Origin: Shewanella sp. UCD-KL12
GTDB lineage: Bacteria; Pseudomonadota; Gammaproteobacteria; Enterobacterales; Shewanellaceae
Reading direction: 5' to 3'
Assembly: GCF_001957125.1 (NCBI RefSeq)
Contig: NZ_MPHJ01000001.1
Coordinates: 1,029,765 to 1,061,764, forward strand
DNA length: 32,000 nucleotides
In this document: piece after piece, positions 1-9,574 of the stretch
Position numbering within the stretch: position 1 is the stretch's first letter
How the letters are laid out: the number at the start of each line of letters is the position of its first letter
Notes under the pieces: generated by a model
What the model saw: only the letters and a program-made list of their open reading frames with translations
Told to the model about the DNA's origin: nothing
The model's database searches: none
Made by a program: the position numbers and the translations under genes

Positions 1-1
1 A

Positions 2-1000
2 TTTTCCATTGGCTGTGAAACGTCCATTAAACGCTTGTATCAAGCGGGAGGACGTGCAGTTTGCGTTGCATCTTTGGGGATCATAATACCCATACTTGTG
101 GTCGGGCTTAGTAGTGCCTATTACCTGACTGATTCAAACTTTACCGCGCTGTATTTAGGCTGTGCTTTAACTGCAACAAGTATCGGTATCTCTTTACGGG
201 TGCTTGCTCAAGCTGGTCATGCCCAAACTCCAGTGGGTAATATTATATTAGGCGCCGCTGTTATTGATGATATTGCTGGCGTGATATTGCTCAGTGTGCT
301 GTTTAATTTTGCGACTCAAGGTTCACTCGATCTTGCTAGTACCTTGTTATTGATTGCTAAAGTCCTACTATTTCTATTTCTTACACCGCCACTGGCTCGG
401 GGGTTACTCTATATCGCCAGAGCGCTTAAACCCATTGCAGATAAATCTGGTTACGAAGTGATTATCACCATGGTGCTCATTTGTCTGTTTGCTTGGCTTG
501 CCCATCTATTTGGCGCGCCGGCGCTGCTCGGCGGCTTTGCAGTAGGAATGGCACTTAGCAGGCAGTTCATCTCCCCATTTAATCGATATCTTGTTAACCC
601 TTTTACCTTTACTCACAAGATGGAGTTATCGACCAAGGCGATAGTCGATCTATTTGCGCCAATCTTTTTTGTCTATGTCGGGATCAGCCTTGATTTAAGC
701 CAGCTCGATTACAGTTTTGGTGGAGTCATGCTACTGGTTTGGTTATCCCTTCTGGCTATTATCAGTAAGCTTGCTGCGGGCTGGGTTGCTGGAGAAGGTT
801 GGCAAAATAAACTTGTTGTCGGCAGTGCTATGGTGCCTCGCGGCGAAGTGGGATTAGTGTTTGCTGAGTTAGGCCGGAAAATGGAGATTATTGATAGTAA
901 ATTGTTTACCGAGCTTGTGGTGATTATCGCTATCACCACTTTAGTGGGGCCATTGCTGTTGAAGTGGAGTTTGAAAAACAAAGACCCTCACCAGAGCTGA
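2..1000 (+). CDS. cation:proton antiporter (Na+/H+ exchanger / Kef-type CPA family), 5'-truncated by the window edge
   Basis: The frame is open from nt 2 with no stop before the listed ATG at 35, so the gene probably starts upstream of the window. The protein is polytopic, hydrophobic and glycine-rich with many TM segments, typical of CPA antiporters. Stop at 998-1000. Confidence 0.75.
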   Translation, partial: FSIGCETSIKRLYQAGGRAVCVASLGIIIPILVVGLSSAYYLTDSNFTALYLGCALTATSIGISLRVLAQAGHAQTPVGNIILGAAVIDDIAGVILLSVLFNFATQGSLDLASTLLLIAKVLLFLFLTPPLARGLLYIARALKPIADKSGYEVIITMVLICLFAWLAHLFGAPALLGGFAVGMALSRQFISPFNRYLVNPFTFTHKMELSTKAIVDLFAPIFFVYVGISLDLSQLDYSFGGVMLLVWLSLLAIISKLAAGWVAGEGWQNKLVVGSAMVPRGEVGLVFAELGRKMEIIDSKLFTELVVIIAITTLVGPLLLKWSLKNKDPHQS

Positions 1001-1086
1001 AGTCGTTGCTGTGATTGACAAGTGTCACCAATAAATTAAATCTTACTCTGTGGCTGAGCATCGTAAGTGATAGGGGGCATGTGATT

Positions 1087-1109
1087 AGCGCGCCTTAAAA
1101 TAGCGCGCT
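1087..1109. terminator. GC-rich hairpin between the convergent antiporter and hypA genes (possible weak terminator)
   Basis: AGCGCGC (1087-1093) and GCGCGCT (1103-1109) form a 7-bp stem with a 9-nt loop. There is no convincing U-tract on either strand. Confidence 0.3.
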
Positions 1110-1133
1110 GTACCAAACTATCTTTACTCGCGC

Positions 1134-1520
1134 TTATGCCTTAGCTTTGTGATCTGCTTTTAACTCCTCTTCCTCCAAAGGGCCTACCTCTAGCTGCATC
1201 AGATACATATCCTCACCGTCGAGCACCTTGGTGTTGTTACCCCTGCAATCGGGGCAGAGGATGTTGTATTCAGTGATCGTTTGTTTGATATCACAGTCGC
1301 GGCAATGTAGCACCAGCGGCTGAACATGCATCTCAAGCTCTGCCTCCTTACAAATACCATCTAGTTTGAAGGTATCAAAGGCGCTTTTGAGCAATTCTGG
1401 CTCAACGCCGCTCAGGACTCCGACTTTGATGGAGACGCGTTTAACACTATTAGCTTGATGCTGAGCCGCGTGCTGCTCACACTGCTCGATAAGGGCGAGA
1501 ACAATCGAATACTCATGCAT
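1134..1520 (-). CDS. hypA: hydrogenase nickel-insertion metallochaperone HypA
   Basis: N-terminal MHE nickel-binding motif (MHEYSI). Two CxxC pairs (CRDC, CPDC) form the zinc site. The start overlaps the hypE stop (TGATG), and it is the last gene of the hyp string. It has a short acidic/lysine C-terminal tail. Confidence 0.9.
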   Translation of the reverse strand: MHEYSIVLALIEQCEQHAAQHQANSVKRVSIKVGVLSGVEPELLKSAFDTFKLDGICKEAELEMHVQPLVLHCRDCDIKQTITEYNILCPDCRGNNTKVLDGEDMYLMQLEVGPLEEEELKADHKAKA

Positions 1521-2578
1521 CAGCAGATCCTTGGTAAAAGTTCACCTTGTGGCAAGTCAAGATAACGACTACTTCCCCAGGGTGTTTTGAGAATAACCTT
1601 ACCGGCACGCTCGATGCCTACCGTGCCGATAATCGCTGCCTGCTCTTTGATTATTCCGCTATTGCTAGCTTCCTCCATGTTGTTGGCACTTTCGTTTGAG
1701 CTATAGGCACCTTGCTGATTAATAATCTCCACCGCCTTGTTGGCATACTCTTGAGGTAGGGCAATCACAAAGGTACCTTCATTGGCGAGATCTAATGGCT
1801 CAAACCCATAGAGTTCGCACAGACCTTTTACCTCATCGGCGACGGGTAACTGGGCATCATCGATAGCTATCTCTACATTTGAGCCCACGGCCCACTCATT
1901 AAGCACTGCTGATATACCGCCACGGGTTGCATCACGCATGGCATGGAGTGGGATGTTTGCATTGAGGAGTGCCTCCACGATAGGCCATAGTGTGGCGCAG
2001 TCACTGGTGAGATCAGATTCCAGTGTCAGCCCTTCACGTGCCATTAAGATTGCGGCGCCGTGACGGCCAATATCCCGGGAAACTATAATCGCATCTCCCT
2101 CTTGGATATTTTTTATTGATATGCCTGTTTGCAGTATCTCACCAACACCAGAAGTGTTGATAAATATCCCATCGGCGCAGCCTTTAGGGACAACCTTAGT
2201 ATCACCACAAACAATCTTTGCGCCGCTTTTCTCCATCTCAGATGCCATAGAGTTAACGATAGTTTTAAGCTTATCTAGCTCAAATCCCTCTTCGATGATA
2301 AAGCTGCAACTCAAGTATTCAGGCCTTGCAGCCATCATAGCTAAGTCGTTGACGGTGCCGGCGATGGCTAATTTTCCTATATCTCCGCCAGCAAAAAACA
2401 GTGGCGCGACGGTAAATGAATCTGTTGTAAAAGCGGTAGGCCCTTTAAGCTCTAAGTGAGCGGCATCCTCTTCGCTTTTTAGGATAGGGTTGTCGAAGGC
2501 TTTAAAGAAGAGATCTTTAATCAGTTTATTCATCTCTTTGCCGCCACCGCCATGGCTAAGTTGGATCTGTTTTTTCAT
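1520..2578 (-). CDS. hypE: hydrogenase maturation carbamoyl dehydratase HypE
   Basis: PurM/AIR-synthase-like sequence ending in the diagnostic C-terminal PRIC motif. Preferred start is [13 protein letters not shown] at 2578, by analogy to the short N-termini of HypE proteins. Alternative in-frame ATGs at 2593 and 2608 would overlap hypD. Confidence 0.9.
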   Translation of the reverse strand: MKKQIQLSHGGGGKEMNKLIKDLFFKAFDNPILKSEEDAAHLELKGPTAFTTDSFTVAPLFFAGGDIGKLAIAGTVNDLAMMAARPEYLSCSFIIEEGFELDKLKTIVNSMASEMEKSGAKIVCGDTKVVPKGCADGIFINTSGVGEILQTGISIKNIQEGDAIIVSRDIGRHGAAILMAREGLTLESDLTSDCATLWPIVEALLNANIPLHAMRDATRGGISAVLNEWAVGSNVEIAIDDAQLPVADEVKGLCELYGFEPLDLANEGTFVIALPQEYANKAVEIINQQGAYSSNESANNMEEASNSGIIKEQAAIIGTVGIERAGKVILKTPWGSSRYLDLPQGELLPRIC

Positions 2579-2597
2579 TTTATTGTCACCCATTGCT

Positions 2598-3722
2598 TTA
2601 CTCATCACTGACTCCGTTATAACGGTAGTAGGCGTTACAAGCTCCCTCAGAACTCACCATACAGCTCCCCATGGGGGATTCAGGACTGCAACCGCGGCCA
2701 AAGACTTTGCAGTCTTTAGGCTTGCAAAGACCGCGTAAAATATCGCCGCACTGACAGGCCTTATGGTCCTCAATCGCTTCGGTAGGTAGTATCGAAGCAA
2801 AATGAAGTTCAGCGTCTCTATGCTGGTATTGTTCTCTTAACATCAAAGCAGAGCTTGGGATGGGGCCTAGTCCGCGCCAGCGAAAATCGGGTCGTACGCA
2901 CAGGTACTTGTCGATCACAGCTTTTGCGGCAAGATTCCCCTCAGGTGTCACTGCGCGGCTGTACTGATTATCTAGCTCGGCAATCTTGTTTGCTTTTTGT
3001 GTGGTGATCCGCAGAATTGACTCCATCACATCGACAGGCTCAAAGCCTGATACCACAACGGGCGTGCCATAGTTTTCAACGGCTGAACGGTATATCTCAC
3101 TTCCCTGAATGACACTTACATGCGATGGACCAATAAAGGCATTGACTCTGACCTTGGGATCGGCCATCACTGCATCGATAGCAGGCGGCACCAACACATG
3201 GTTGATATGGAAATACAGGTTGTTGATATCTAGCTTTTCAGCCTGTTCAATCAAAACGGCAGTCATTGGCGTTGATGTTTCAAAGCCGATGGCAAAAAAC
3301 ACCACGGTTTTATCTGGATTGTCGCAGGCAATTTTGATGGTATCGAGAGGGTCATAGATAGGGCGAACATCACAGCCGCTGGCTCTGCTTTGGGCCAAAG
3401 AGCCTTTTGAGCCGGGCACGCGGATCATATCGCCTAAGGTCACTAAGATCACATTGTCTTGATTTGCCATGGCAATAGCATGGTCAATACGCTCTTTAGG
3501 CATGATACAGACAGGACAGCCAGGACCATGAATAAAGTCGATATTATCAGGGAGTAGCTGATTGAGCCCATACTTCATTATGGTGTGGGTATGACCACCA
3601 CACACTTCCATAATTCGAATGTCGCCATCGAGTTGAGCCGCTTGTTGCTTTATCTGCTCGGCTAGGCTTGCAATGGTTTTAGGATCTCTAAAACCCTGAT
3701 ATAGCTGTTTTAGTTCAAGCAT
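2598..3722 (-). CDS. hypD: hydrogenase maturation Fe-S protein HypD
   Basis: Contains the CGGHTH, GPGCPVC and GFETS(T) motifs characteristic of HypD. Preferred start is the ATG at 3722 (MLELKQLY), 10 nt after the hypC stop. The ORF-track start at 3779 would overlap hypC by 47 nt. Confidence 0.9.
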   Translation of the reverse strand: MLELKQLYQGFRDPKTIASLAEQIKQQAAQLDGDIRIMEVCGGHTHTIMKYGLNQLLPDNIDFIHGPGCPVCIMPKERIDHAIAMANQDNVILVTLGDMIRVPGSKGSLAQSRASGCDVRPIYDPLDTIKIACDNPDKTVVFFAIGFETSTPMTAVLIEQAEKLDINNLYFHINHVLVPPAIDAVMADPKVRVNAFIGPSHVSVIQGSEIYRSAVENYGTPVVVSGFEPVDVMESILRITTQKANKIAELDNQYSRAVTPEGNLAAKAVIDKYLCVRPDFRWRGLGPIPSSALMLREQYQHRDAELHFASILPTEAIEDHKACQCGDILRGLCKPKDCKVFGRGCSPESPMGSCMVSSEGACNAYYRYNGVSDE

Positions 3723-3732
3723 CACTTTACTC

Positions 3733-3972
3733 CTAGCTCTGGGGTTCCATCTTCTGGGCGATCTCTTTATAGAGCTCAAGGGTTTCTAGTGCGTCGGCTT
3801 TATCTATCTTATTCATGGCAAAGCCGATATGGATCAGCACATAATCATCAAGCTCAAGTGGCTCATCAATAAGGTGGCAACTGACCTTACGTTTAACGCC
3901 CATGGTGTCGACGGTGATGCTGGTCTCTTCTGGGTGTAGCTCAATAATTTTCGATGGAATGGACAGGCACAT
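3733..3972 (-). CDS. hypC: hydrogenase maturation chaperone HypC
   Basis: 79 aa with an N-terminal MCLSIP (essential Cys2) motif of the HypC/HupF family. The start overlaps the hypB stop. Confidence 0.9.
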   Translation of the reverse strand: MCLSIPSKIIELHPEETSITVDTMGVKRKVSCHLIDEPLELDDYVLIHIGFAMNKIDKADALETLELYKEIAQKMEPQS

Positions 3973-4730
3973 TAGCTTACCTCACTGGCTTGAGTGGTAT
4001 TAACTTGGTTGGCCTTCAGCCAATGTGATACGGCTTGCAGAGACTCTGGAGACTTGGTTGAAACTTCAAGGATATCCGCATTAGGATTGAGCTTGAGGAT
4101 ATGTGCTTTGGCATCTTCAATATCGAAGTCAAAGTGGGGGAGCAGATCACACTTGCTGATGAGTACTAGGTCTGCACGGCGGAACATGACAGGGTATTTC
4201 TCGACCTTGTCATCGCCTTCAGGTATCGATACAAGGACGATATTTTTATGCGCGCCAACATCGTAACTGGCAGGGCAAACTAAGTTGCCGACGTTTTCAA
4301 TAAAGCAGATATCCAGTGGCTTTAAGTCGATATTATGCAGCGCGCTATGCACCATAAAGGCGTCGAGGTGACACGCTGAGCCGGTTTGAATTTGAAAGGC
4401 ATCAATCCCTTTGGCTTTTAAACGGTCAGCATCTCGTGATGTTTCAAGATCGCCCTCAATAACGGCATAGTTCAAAGCAGTATGCTCATGGAGATGCTCT
4501 AGTAAGGTGGTTTTGCCGCTTCCTGGGCTACTCATGAGGTTAAAGGCGGTGACGCCACTTTGCTCAAAATGGTCGCGGTTATGCTGCGCCTCGATATCAT
4601 TTTTATCTAAGATCTTATGGATCACCGAAAGCGTTTTGGCGTCATTGAGTTGAGGGTTACTGTGGATCTCGTCATGGTGATGATGACCGTCCCCAGTACG
4701 AGTTAGTGAACAGCCGCAATCTTTACACAT
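3972..4730 (-). CDS. hypB: hydrogenase nickel-incorporation GTPase HypB
   Basis: N-terminal CxxCGC high-affinity metal motif (MCKDCGC). Short His run (HHHH), P-loop GSGKTT, ENVGNLVCPA and SKCDL G-domain motifs. Confidence 0.93.
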   Translation of the reverse strand: MCKDCGCSLTRTGDGHHHHDEIHSNPQLNDAKTLSVIHKILDKNDIEAQHNRDHFEQSGVTAFNLMSSPGSGKTTLLEHLHEHTALNYAVIEGDLETSRDADRLKAKGIDAFQIQTGSACHLDAFMVHSALHNIDLKPLDICFIENVGNLVCPASYDVGAHKNIVLVSIPEGDDKVEKYPVMFRRADLVLISKCDLLPHFDFDIEDAKAHILKLNPNADILEVSTKSPESLQAVSHWLKANQVNTTQASEVS

Positions 4731-4801
4731 GTCATTACTCCGTTATTATTATCAGTTTTTCACCTAATCACTGAGTGTTAACTAGAACCCAAATCGTGTT
4801 T

Positions 4802-4815
4802 TTGATATGTATCTA
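4802..4815. promoter_or_regulatory. FNR/EtrA-like half-palindrome in the hypF-hypB spacer
   Basis: TTGAT-ATGT-ATCTA matches the TTGAT-N4-ATCAA FNR-type consensus at 9 of 10 positions. It is centred about 78 nt upstream of the hypB ATG. No strong -10 was identified. Confidence 0.25.
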
Positions 4816-4880
4816 GTTTGTGCTGGATTAGTCATAAATTTATGAATTATCAATACGTTTTGTGAGCCTGTTCTCGGCAT

Positions 4881-7226
4881 TTAGCTGTTGCTATGACAAA
4901 TTGCATACCAGAGCTGCCCGAGTGCAATACCGCCGTCATTGATAGGGATAAGCCCTGGTGACAACAGCTGATGTTTTTGCTTGGATAATTGGGTTTGGCA
5001 ATATTCATTGAGGTATCGGTTTTGAAATACACCGCCGCAAAGCACGACGGGGTATTGCGGATACTGCTGAGCGAGTTGCGTGATAGCGGTTGCTAGTGCT
5101 TGCAAGAAACCAGCGGCAATCTGGCTTACCCTTTGCGCGGTGAGCGGCTGTTTGATGATGGCCTGAACAATTTGCGCCATAAGCTCACCTGCTTGCCACT
5201 GATTATTTATCAGTGTGAGAGTGAAGCGTTCGCTCGTTGATGTGAGTCGATTGGCCGCTGCTTCAATCAGCATGCCAGCTTGCCCTTCAAATTGTGTGGT
5301 CTCAATTAAGCCTAATGCGGCGGCAACGGCATCGAATAAACGCCCTGCAGAGCTAGTGTTAATGCCATGACTCGGGCTTTGCCATAATTTAGTTAAGTTA
5401 TTAAGCTGATGCTCAGACAGGTTGACTAAGGCTGGTAGCGCCATCTGCTTTATCTGCGCGAGGTCGTATTGCATAAGCAGCAGGGCTAACAGTACTCGTC
5501 TAGGATCTTTTATGGCCTGCTCGCCGCCAATTAATTTAAAGGGGCTAAGCTGCGCGAGTGTCTTGTAACCTTCGGGGCTGGCAATCATCGCCTCACTGCC
5601 CCACAGGTTGCCATCATCCCCAAGCCCAGTGCCGTCGAAACTAAAGCCTAAAACGGGAACTGTGACATTGTTGACCGCCATTACGCTGAGTACATGGGCA
5701 AAATGGTGCTGAACTGATACCAGTTCGCTTGTTTTATCGCGCTGCTGACACCATCTCGTTGGCGCGTAATCTGGATGCTTGTCGTGGACTAAGGTTTGCG
5801 GCGATAACTGGTAGAGGCGTTTAAACGTACTTATCGTTGATTCAAAGTAAGTTTCGGCTTCTAAGCTGAAAAGATCGCCAATATGTGGGCTGACAAACAG
5901 GCTGCGGTTAAATCCAAAAGCGATACTGTTCTTTTGTTGAGCGCCAACGGCCAATACTGTGCTCGGCAAGGTGTGTTGTAGCGGCAGACTTAAGGGAGCG
6001 TAACCTCGGGCTAAGCGCATGACTTGAGTCTGTTTAGCAACAATTTGCACAACACTGTCATCACAGGCGTTCACGATATCGCGGTTATGATCCAGTATGG
6101 CATCGACCACAGTACTCAGCTGACGCTGTATCTCTTCGCCACAGGTGATTATAGGCTCACCACTGCGGTTAGCGCTGGTTGCGACTATGGGCCTATTTAA
6201 TTGACTCAGTAGTAATTGGTGCAGTGGGGTATAGGGCAGAAAGAGCCCCAATTTATCGATACCTGGCGCGATAAGCTCACTGAGGTGGTGAGTCAACTCT
6301 TGGCGTTTATTCATCAATGTGATGGGGCGCTCTTGAGATTCAAGCAGTTGCCACTCCTCATCACACCCTGTGACGAGTGACTTTGCCATCTCGATGTTGG
6401 GTACCATAACGGCGAACGGCTTTGCCGGGCGTTGTTTACGTGTTCGTAATCTTGCTACGGCTTTTGTGTTAGTGGCATCACAAACCAGATGAAAACCACC
6501 AAGCCCCTTAATTGCCAGCACTTCACCGGCTAAGAGGCGTTCGATACATTGAGTCAGCGCTTGCGCTTTGTGGGCAATATTTTGTCCCGTTGGCGAGGTT
6601 AAAGTGAGAACCGGACCACAATCTGGGCAACTGACGGGTTGTGCATGGTAGCGTCTATCGAGCGGGTCTTGATAGCTTGCACGGCAGGCATCACACATAC
6701 TGAACCGCCCCATCGAGGTCTGCTTTCTATCATAGGGGAGGGCGTTTATTAATGTGTATCTGGGTCCGCAATTAGTGCAGTTGGTAAACGGGTATTGATA
6801 GTGGCGATTATTTGGGTCTAACACATCGTTATTACAGGCATCACAACTACTTTTATCGGTTGGAACTATGACTACAGCCTGAGATTGCTGCTTGCTTTCA
6901 ATGATCTTGAATTCGCTACAACCTGAAACGACGGGAATGGAGTCTTGTTTGAATTGATCAATGCGCGCCAAAGGCGGAGGGGAGTTTTTGAGTTGTGCAA
7001 TAAACGATTGCAGCTGACCTGCTTGGCCTTGAAGCTCTATGGTGACGCCTTGGCTGTCATTAAGTACGGTACCGGTTAAGTGATTTTGCAGTGCATAACG
7101 ATACACATAAGGCCTAAACCCGACTCCCTGCACTATGCCATTGATAAATAATCGTGCCCTGTTTATCTCTGCGTTCACTGGCACACTTGTTTGAGCGTCA
7201 ACGCTTTGTTTCTTATCATGAACCAT
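4881..7226 (-). CDS. hypF: carbamoyltransferase HypF
   Basis: 781 aa. It has an N-terminal acylphosphatase domain (VQGVGFRPYVYR), two pairs of CxxC-X18-CxxC zinc fingers, then YrdC-like and Kae1/Gcp-like C-terminal domains. Confidence 0.95.
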   Translation of the reverse strand: MVHDKKQSVDAQTSVPVNAEINRARLFINGIVQGVGFRPYVYRYALQNHLTGTVLNDSQGVTIELQGQAGQLQSFIAQLKNSPPPLARIDQFKQDSIPVVSGCSEFKIIESKQQSQAVVIVPTDKSSCDACNNDVLDPNNRHYQYPFTNCTNCGPRYTLINALPYDRKQTSMGRFSMCDACRASYQDPLDRRYHAQPVSCPDCGPVLTLTSPTGQNIAHKAQALTQCIERLLAGEVLAIKGLGGFHLVCDATNTKAVARLRTRKQRPAKPFAVMVPNIEMAKSLVTGCDEEWQLLESQERPITLMNKRQELTHHLSELIAPGIDKLGLFLPYTPLHQLLLSQLNRPIVATSANRSGEPIITCGEEIQRQLSTVVDAILDHNRDIVNACDDSVVQIVAKQTQVMRLARGYAPLSLPLQHTLPSTVLAVGAQQKNSIAFGFNRSLFVSPHIGDLFSLEAETYFESTISTFKRLYQLSPQTLVHDKHPDYAPTRWCQQRDKTSELVSVQHHFAHVLSVMAVNNVTVPVLGFSFDGTGLGDDGNLWGSEAMIASPEGYKTLAQLSPFKLIGGEQAIKDPRRVLLALLLMQYDLAQIKQMALPALVNLSEHQLNNLTKLWQSPSHGINTSSAGRLFDAVAAALGLIETTQFEGQAGMLIEAAANRLTSTSERFTLTLINNQWQAGELMAQIVQAIIKQPLTAQRVSQIAAGFLQALATAITQLAQQYPQYPVVLCGGVFQNRYLNEYCQTQLSKQKHQLLSPGLIPINDGGIALGQLWYAICHSNS

Positions 7227-7405
7227 AAGCAGTAACCGACAGCCTTATACATAGTTATAGGTACAGTTTCTATCCTGACAGCTGCAAAATGAAAATTCTT
7301 AGCGCTAGATCAAGGTGTAGAAAAGCGATGACTTGAATAGTAATTTATGGGAGCTTCATCGAACTTTGAGCGCCCCCATTAGGCTAGTTTGCGCTAGATA
7401 AACGA

Positions 7406-9322
7406 TTAGAACAGATAGCGATATTGCATCTGGACGGTGCGCGGCGCTCCTAAGGTTTCAATGGGATATTCAGCACGGTGACCATGCTTAAAAATACTTT
7501 GGGTTATCTCGCTATCAAGCAGGTTATCTATGCTGAGTGATAACTGCTGGTTTTGCGCCGGTGTTAAGTAGTATTGCGCCCCCAGACTGGCGATAACGTA
7601 ATCGCCTGCCGTTAAGCCATAATCGAGAAACTCGCCGACATATTTGCCACTGAGCCAAAAGTTGAAATCATCACTTGCTTGATAATTAAGTTTACTAAAT
7701 CCGGTAAACTCAGGGACTCGGCTGATCTGCTCGCCAGTATCCTCTCTTGTGGCGTTGGCATACCCAGCACTGAACTCAAACTCAAGGGCCTGGGTTAAAT
7801 CTGTCACTAAGTGAAAGTCAGCGCCGTAACTGACGACTTTGCCGTCGACATTATTATATTGCCATATTGCATTCCCCAGATCGGTAGCTTCGATTAGGTT
7901 GTCGACATTGCGCCAAAATGCATCCAGTGTGATATGAGTATCTCCCTGAAATGTGAGCCCTAAATTAAGATTCTGACTGGTTTCAGACTCAAGGTTAGGA
8001 TTACCTAAAGTACCGACTTGAGACTGAAGCTCATAAACTGTTGCTTGTCGATAGCCATTACCTAACGAGCCTCTGAGTAACCATTGTGTGCTGAGCTCGT
8101 GGGTTATCCCCAGTGAGCCTACCCATAGTTGATCGCTGTCAGACAGCCTATTAAACCTGAGTCCTAGCGAGAGCCCTGTATCTGGTAAGGCACTAAATTG
8201 AGGTTGGTATTGCAGGTAGGCAGCGTAGTTATCATCTTTTTCGGCAACAAACTCCATCACTTCGTCGGCGCCTTCATATTGTTGAAACTCAAGGCCCGCT
8301 ATCCATTGAGAGCCTGTATCCGTTAGGTAATTGGCCGAAATTGTGGCGCCAGTATCTTTAAAACCCCAGTAAGCCTCCCAGTAAGGGACATCAATCTTGC
8401 CCTGTTCATCTTTGGTTATCTCGCTGTAGTATGAATCCCACTCTTGGTAGTGGATTTTAGTCTGTAATAATAGCTGTTCATTGGCCTGATATTGCCAGTC
8501 TAGATGGGAGAGAACCTGTTCTCTATCGTTTTCGCTTAATATGGCGTTGTAGGCGAGCGGCCGTTCAAGGTTACCCGTGTTAAATTGGCTGAAGAGGGTG
8601 ACTGTATGTTTATCATTTGCCTGCCAGCTGAGTTTGCCGCTAAAGTTATTCATCTGGTAGCCACGTGTTTTGTCTAATGCCGCAGTGGGTGAATATTCAT
8701 CATCTGGCCAGATCTGATACCCGTCAGATTGGCTGGTACTAGCACTTAAGGTGTATTGGAAATTGTTAACCTCAGCACTAACAAAAGCGCCGGCATCATA
8801 GCTAGGTAGAGAGTCAACAGACAGGCTCACTTCACCTTGACTCTCTCCTTGATATTGCTTGGTAATAATATTTATCACACCTGCAATGGCATCTGAGCCA
8901 TATATGGCAGCTTGTCCGCCTTTTATCACTTCAATACGCTCAATCATCATTGGATTTATCGTGTCGGTATAGGTTGAGCCGTAAAGCCTATTATTGAGCC
9001 TGTTGCCATCGACTAACCATAAAATATCTTTTGGTCGGCTCCCTTGAAGTGAGTAGTCTGTGTCGGTATGGCGTCCTGCTCGGCCATTAGCAAATAAACC
9101 TGGAACAAACTGAGTGAGTATTTTATTGATATCGACACTACCAGCTTGAGCAATCATGTCACTATTAATCACTGTCATATCACTACCTAAAGTGACATGC
9201 TTATTTGTGCCGTCATTTTTAAACTGAATACCATGTACTGATATACGCTCAATATCATCAGCATATGAAATATTGATAGCACTTAATAACGATAATGTAA
9301 CTCCAATTTTTTTAACTAACAT
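7406..9322 (-). CDS. TonB-dependent outer-membrane receptor (small, BtuB-sized); candidate nickel or nickel-chelate importer by context
   Basis: Signal peptide ending SYA-DD, TonB-box-like DIERISVHG, a plug domain, a 22-strand-type beta-rich body and a C-terminal ...YRYLF with terminal Phe. The substrate assignment rests only on position between nikR and hyp plus the shared dyad upstream. Confidence 0.88.
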   Translation of the reverse strand: MLVKKIGVTLSLLSAINISYADDIERISVHGIQFKNDGTNKHVTLGSDMTVINSDMIAQAGSVDINKILTQFVPGLFANGRAGRHTDTDYSLQGSRPKDILWLVDGNRLNNRLYGSTYTDTINPMMIERIEVIKGGQAAIYGSDAIAGVINIITKQYQGESQGEVSLSVDSLPSYDAGAFVSAEVNNFQYTLSASTSQSDGYQIWPDDEYSPTAALDKTRGYQMNNFSGKLSWQANDKHTVTLFSQFNTGNLERPLAYNAILSENDREQVLSHLDWQYQANEQLLLQTKIHYQEWDSYYSEITKDEQGKIDVPYWEAYWGFKDTGATISANYLTDTGSQWIAGLEFQQYEGADEVMEFVAEKDDNYAAYLQYQPQFSALPDTGLSLGLRFNRLSDSDQLWVGSLGITHELSTQWLLRGSLGNGYRQATVYELQSQVGTLGNPNLESETSQNLNLGLTFQGDTHITLDAFWRNVDNLIEATDLGNAIWQYNNVDGKVVSYGADFHLVTDLTQALEFEFSAGYANATREDTGEQISRVPEFTGFSKLNYQASDDFNFWLSGKYVGEFLDYGLTAGDYVIASLGAQYYLTPAQNQQLSLSIDNLLDSEITQSIFKHGHRAEYPIETLGAPRTVQMQYRYLF

Positions 9323-9432
9323 TATTTATTCCCTGTTTATGCTTTGTTTGTTTTTTGTAAGGTCAATGCGTTTTTAGGGATTATATGTGGCTAAATAATT
9401 ATTGATGAGATCTAGATCGTTATTTTTTATTT

Positions 9433-9463
9433 CAGTAATACCTTTTCTATAAAAGTATTACTG
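9433..9463. promoter_or_regulatory. perfect 9-bp inverted repeat CAGTAATAC-N13-GTATTACTG; candidate NikR operator
   Basis: Read directly from the sequence. It lies about 110-140 nt upstream of the receptor ATG (9322) and downstream of nikR. A near-identical dyad with the same spacing occurs at 10122-10150. Confidence 0.4.
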
Positions 9464-9495
9464 GTATTTTGTGGCGAGAGGTAAGTTAGATGGGT

Positions 9496-9535
9496 AAATT
9501 AACCTAGCTGTAAGTGAGACAGTTTAGGTTAATTT
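9496..9535 (-). terminator. strong hairpin 40 nt after the nikR stop (possible nikR terminator or attenuating structure)
   Basis: 11-bp perfect arms AAATTAACCTA (9496-9506) and TAGGTTAATTT (9525-9535). An inner CTGT/ACAG pairing sits in the 18-nt loop. On the minus strand it is followed by only a short TTTA tract. Confidence 0.4.
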
Positions 9536-9574
9536 GGTTTTTAATATTCACTTATTAATTGTTATTACATCAGG

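Noticed and set aside
3723-3779. Longer N-termini suggested by the ORF track for hypD (3779), trpA (21337), nikE (14472), yeeE (19598), nikA (10166) and the peptidase (15890)
   Set aside because: In each case a downstream start aligns with the expected protein N-terminus or signal peptide, has a better Shine-Dalgarno, or removes an implausible overlap with the upstream gene. Several of the upstream starts are non-ATG codons chosen only because the frame is open.
4850-5032. 60-aa minus-strand ORF overlapping the 3' end of hypF and running into the hypF-hypB spacer
   Set aside because: It is out of frame with hypF for most of its length, has no ribosome-binding site and has implausible composition. 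The spacer is better explained as regulatory.
7349-7361. 11-mer TCATCGAACTT shared between the hypF upstream region and the nikA upstream region (10150-10160)
   Set aside because: About a hundred identical 11-mer pairs are expected by chance in 32 kb when both strands are considered. It has no dyad symmetry and no positional logic.
9323-9574. Possible cobalamin riboswitch upstream of the BtuB-sized TonB-dependent receptor
   Set aside because: The leader is short and AT-rich. It lacks the conserved B12-box and the GC-rich core helices of cobalamin riboswitches. The nickel context (nikR, the shared dyad) explains it better.
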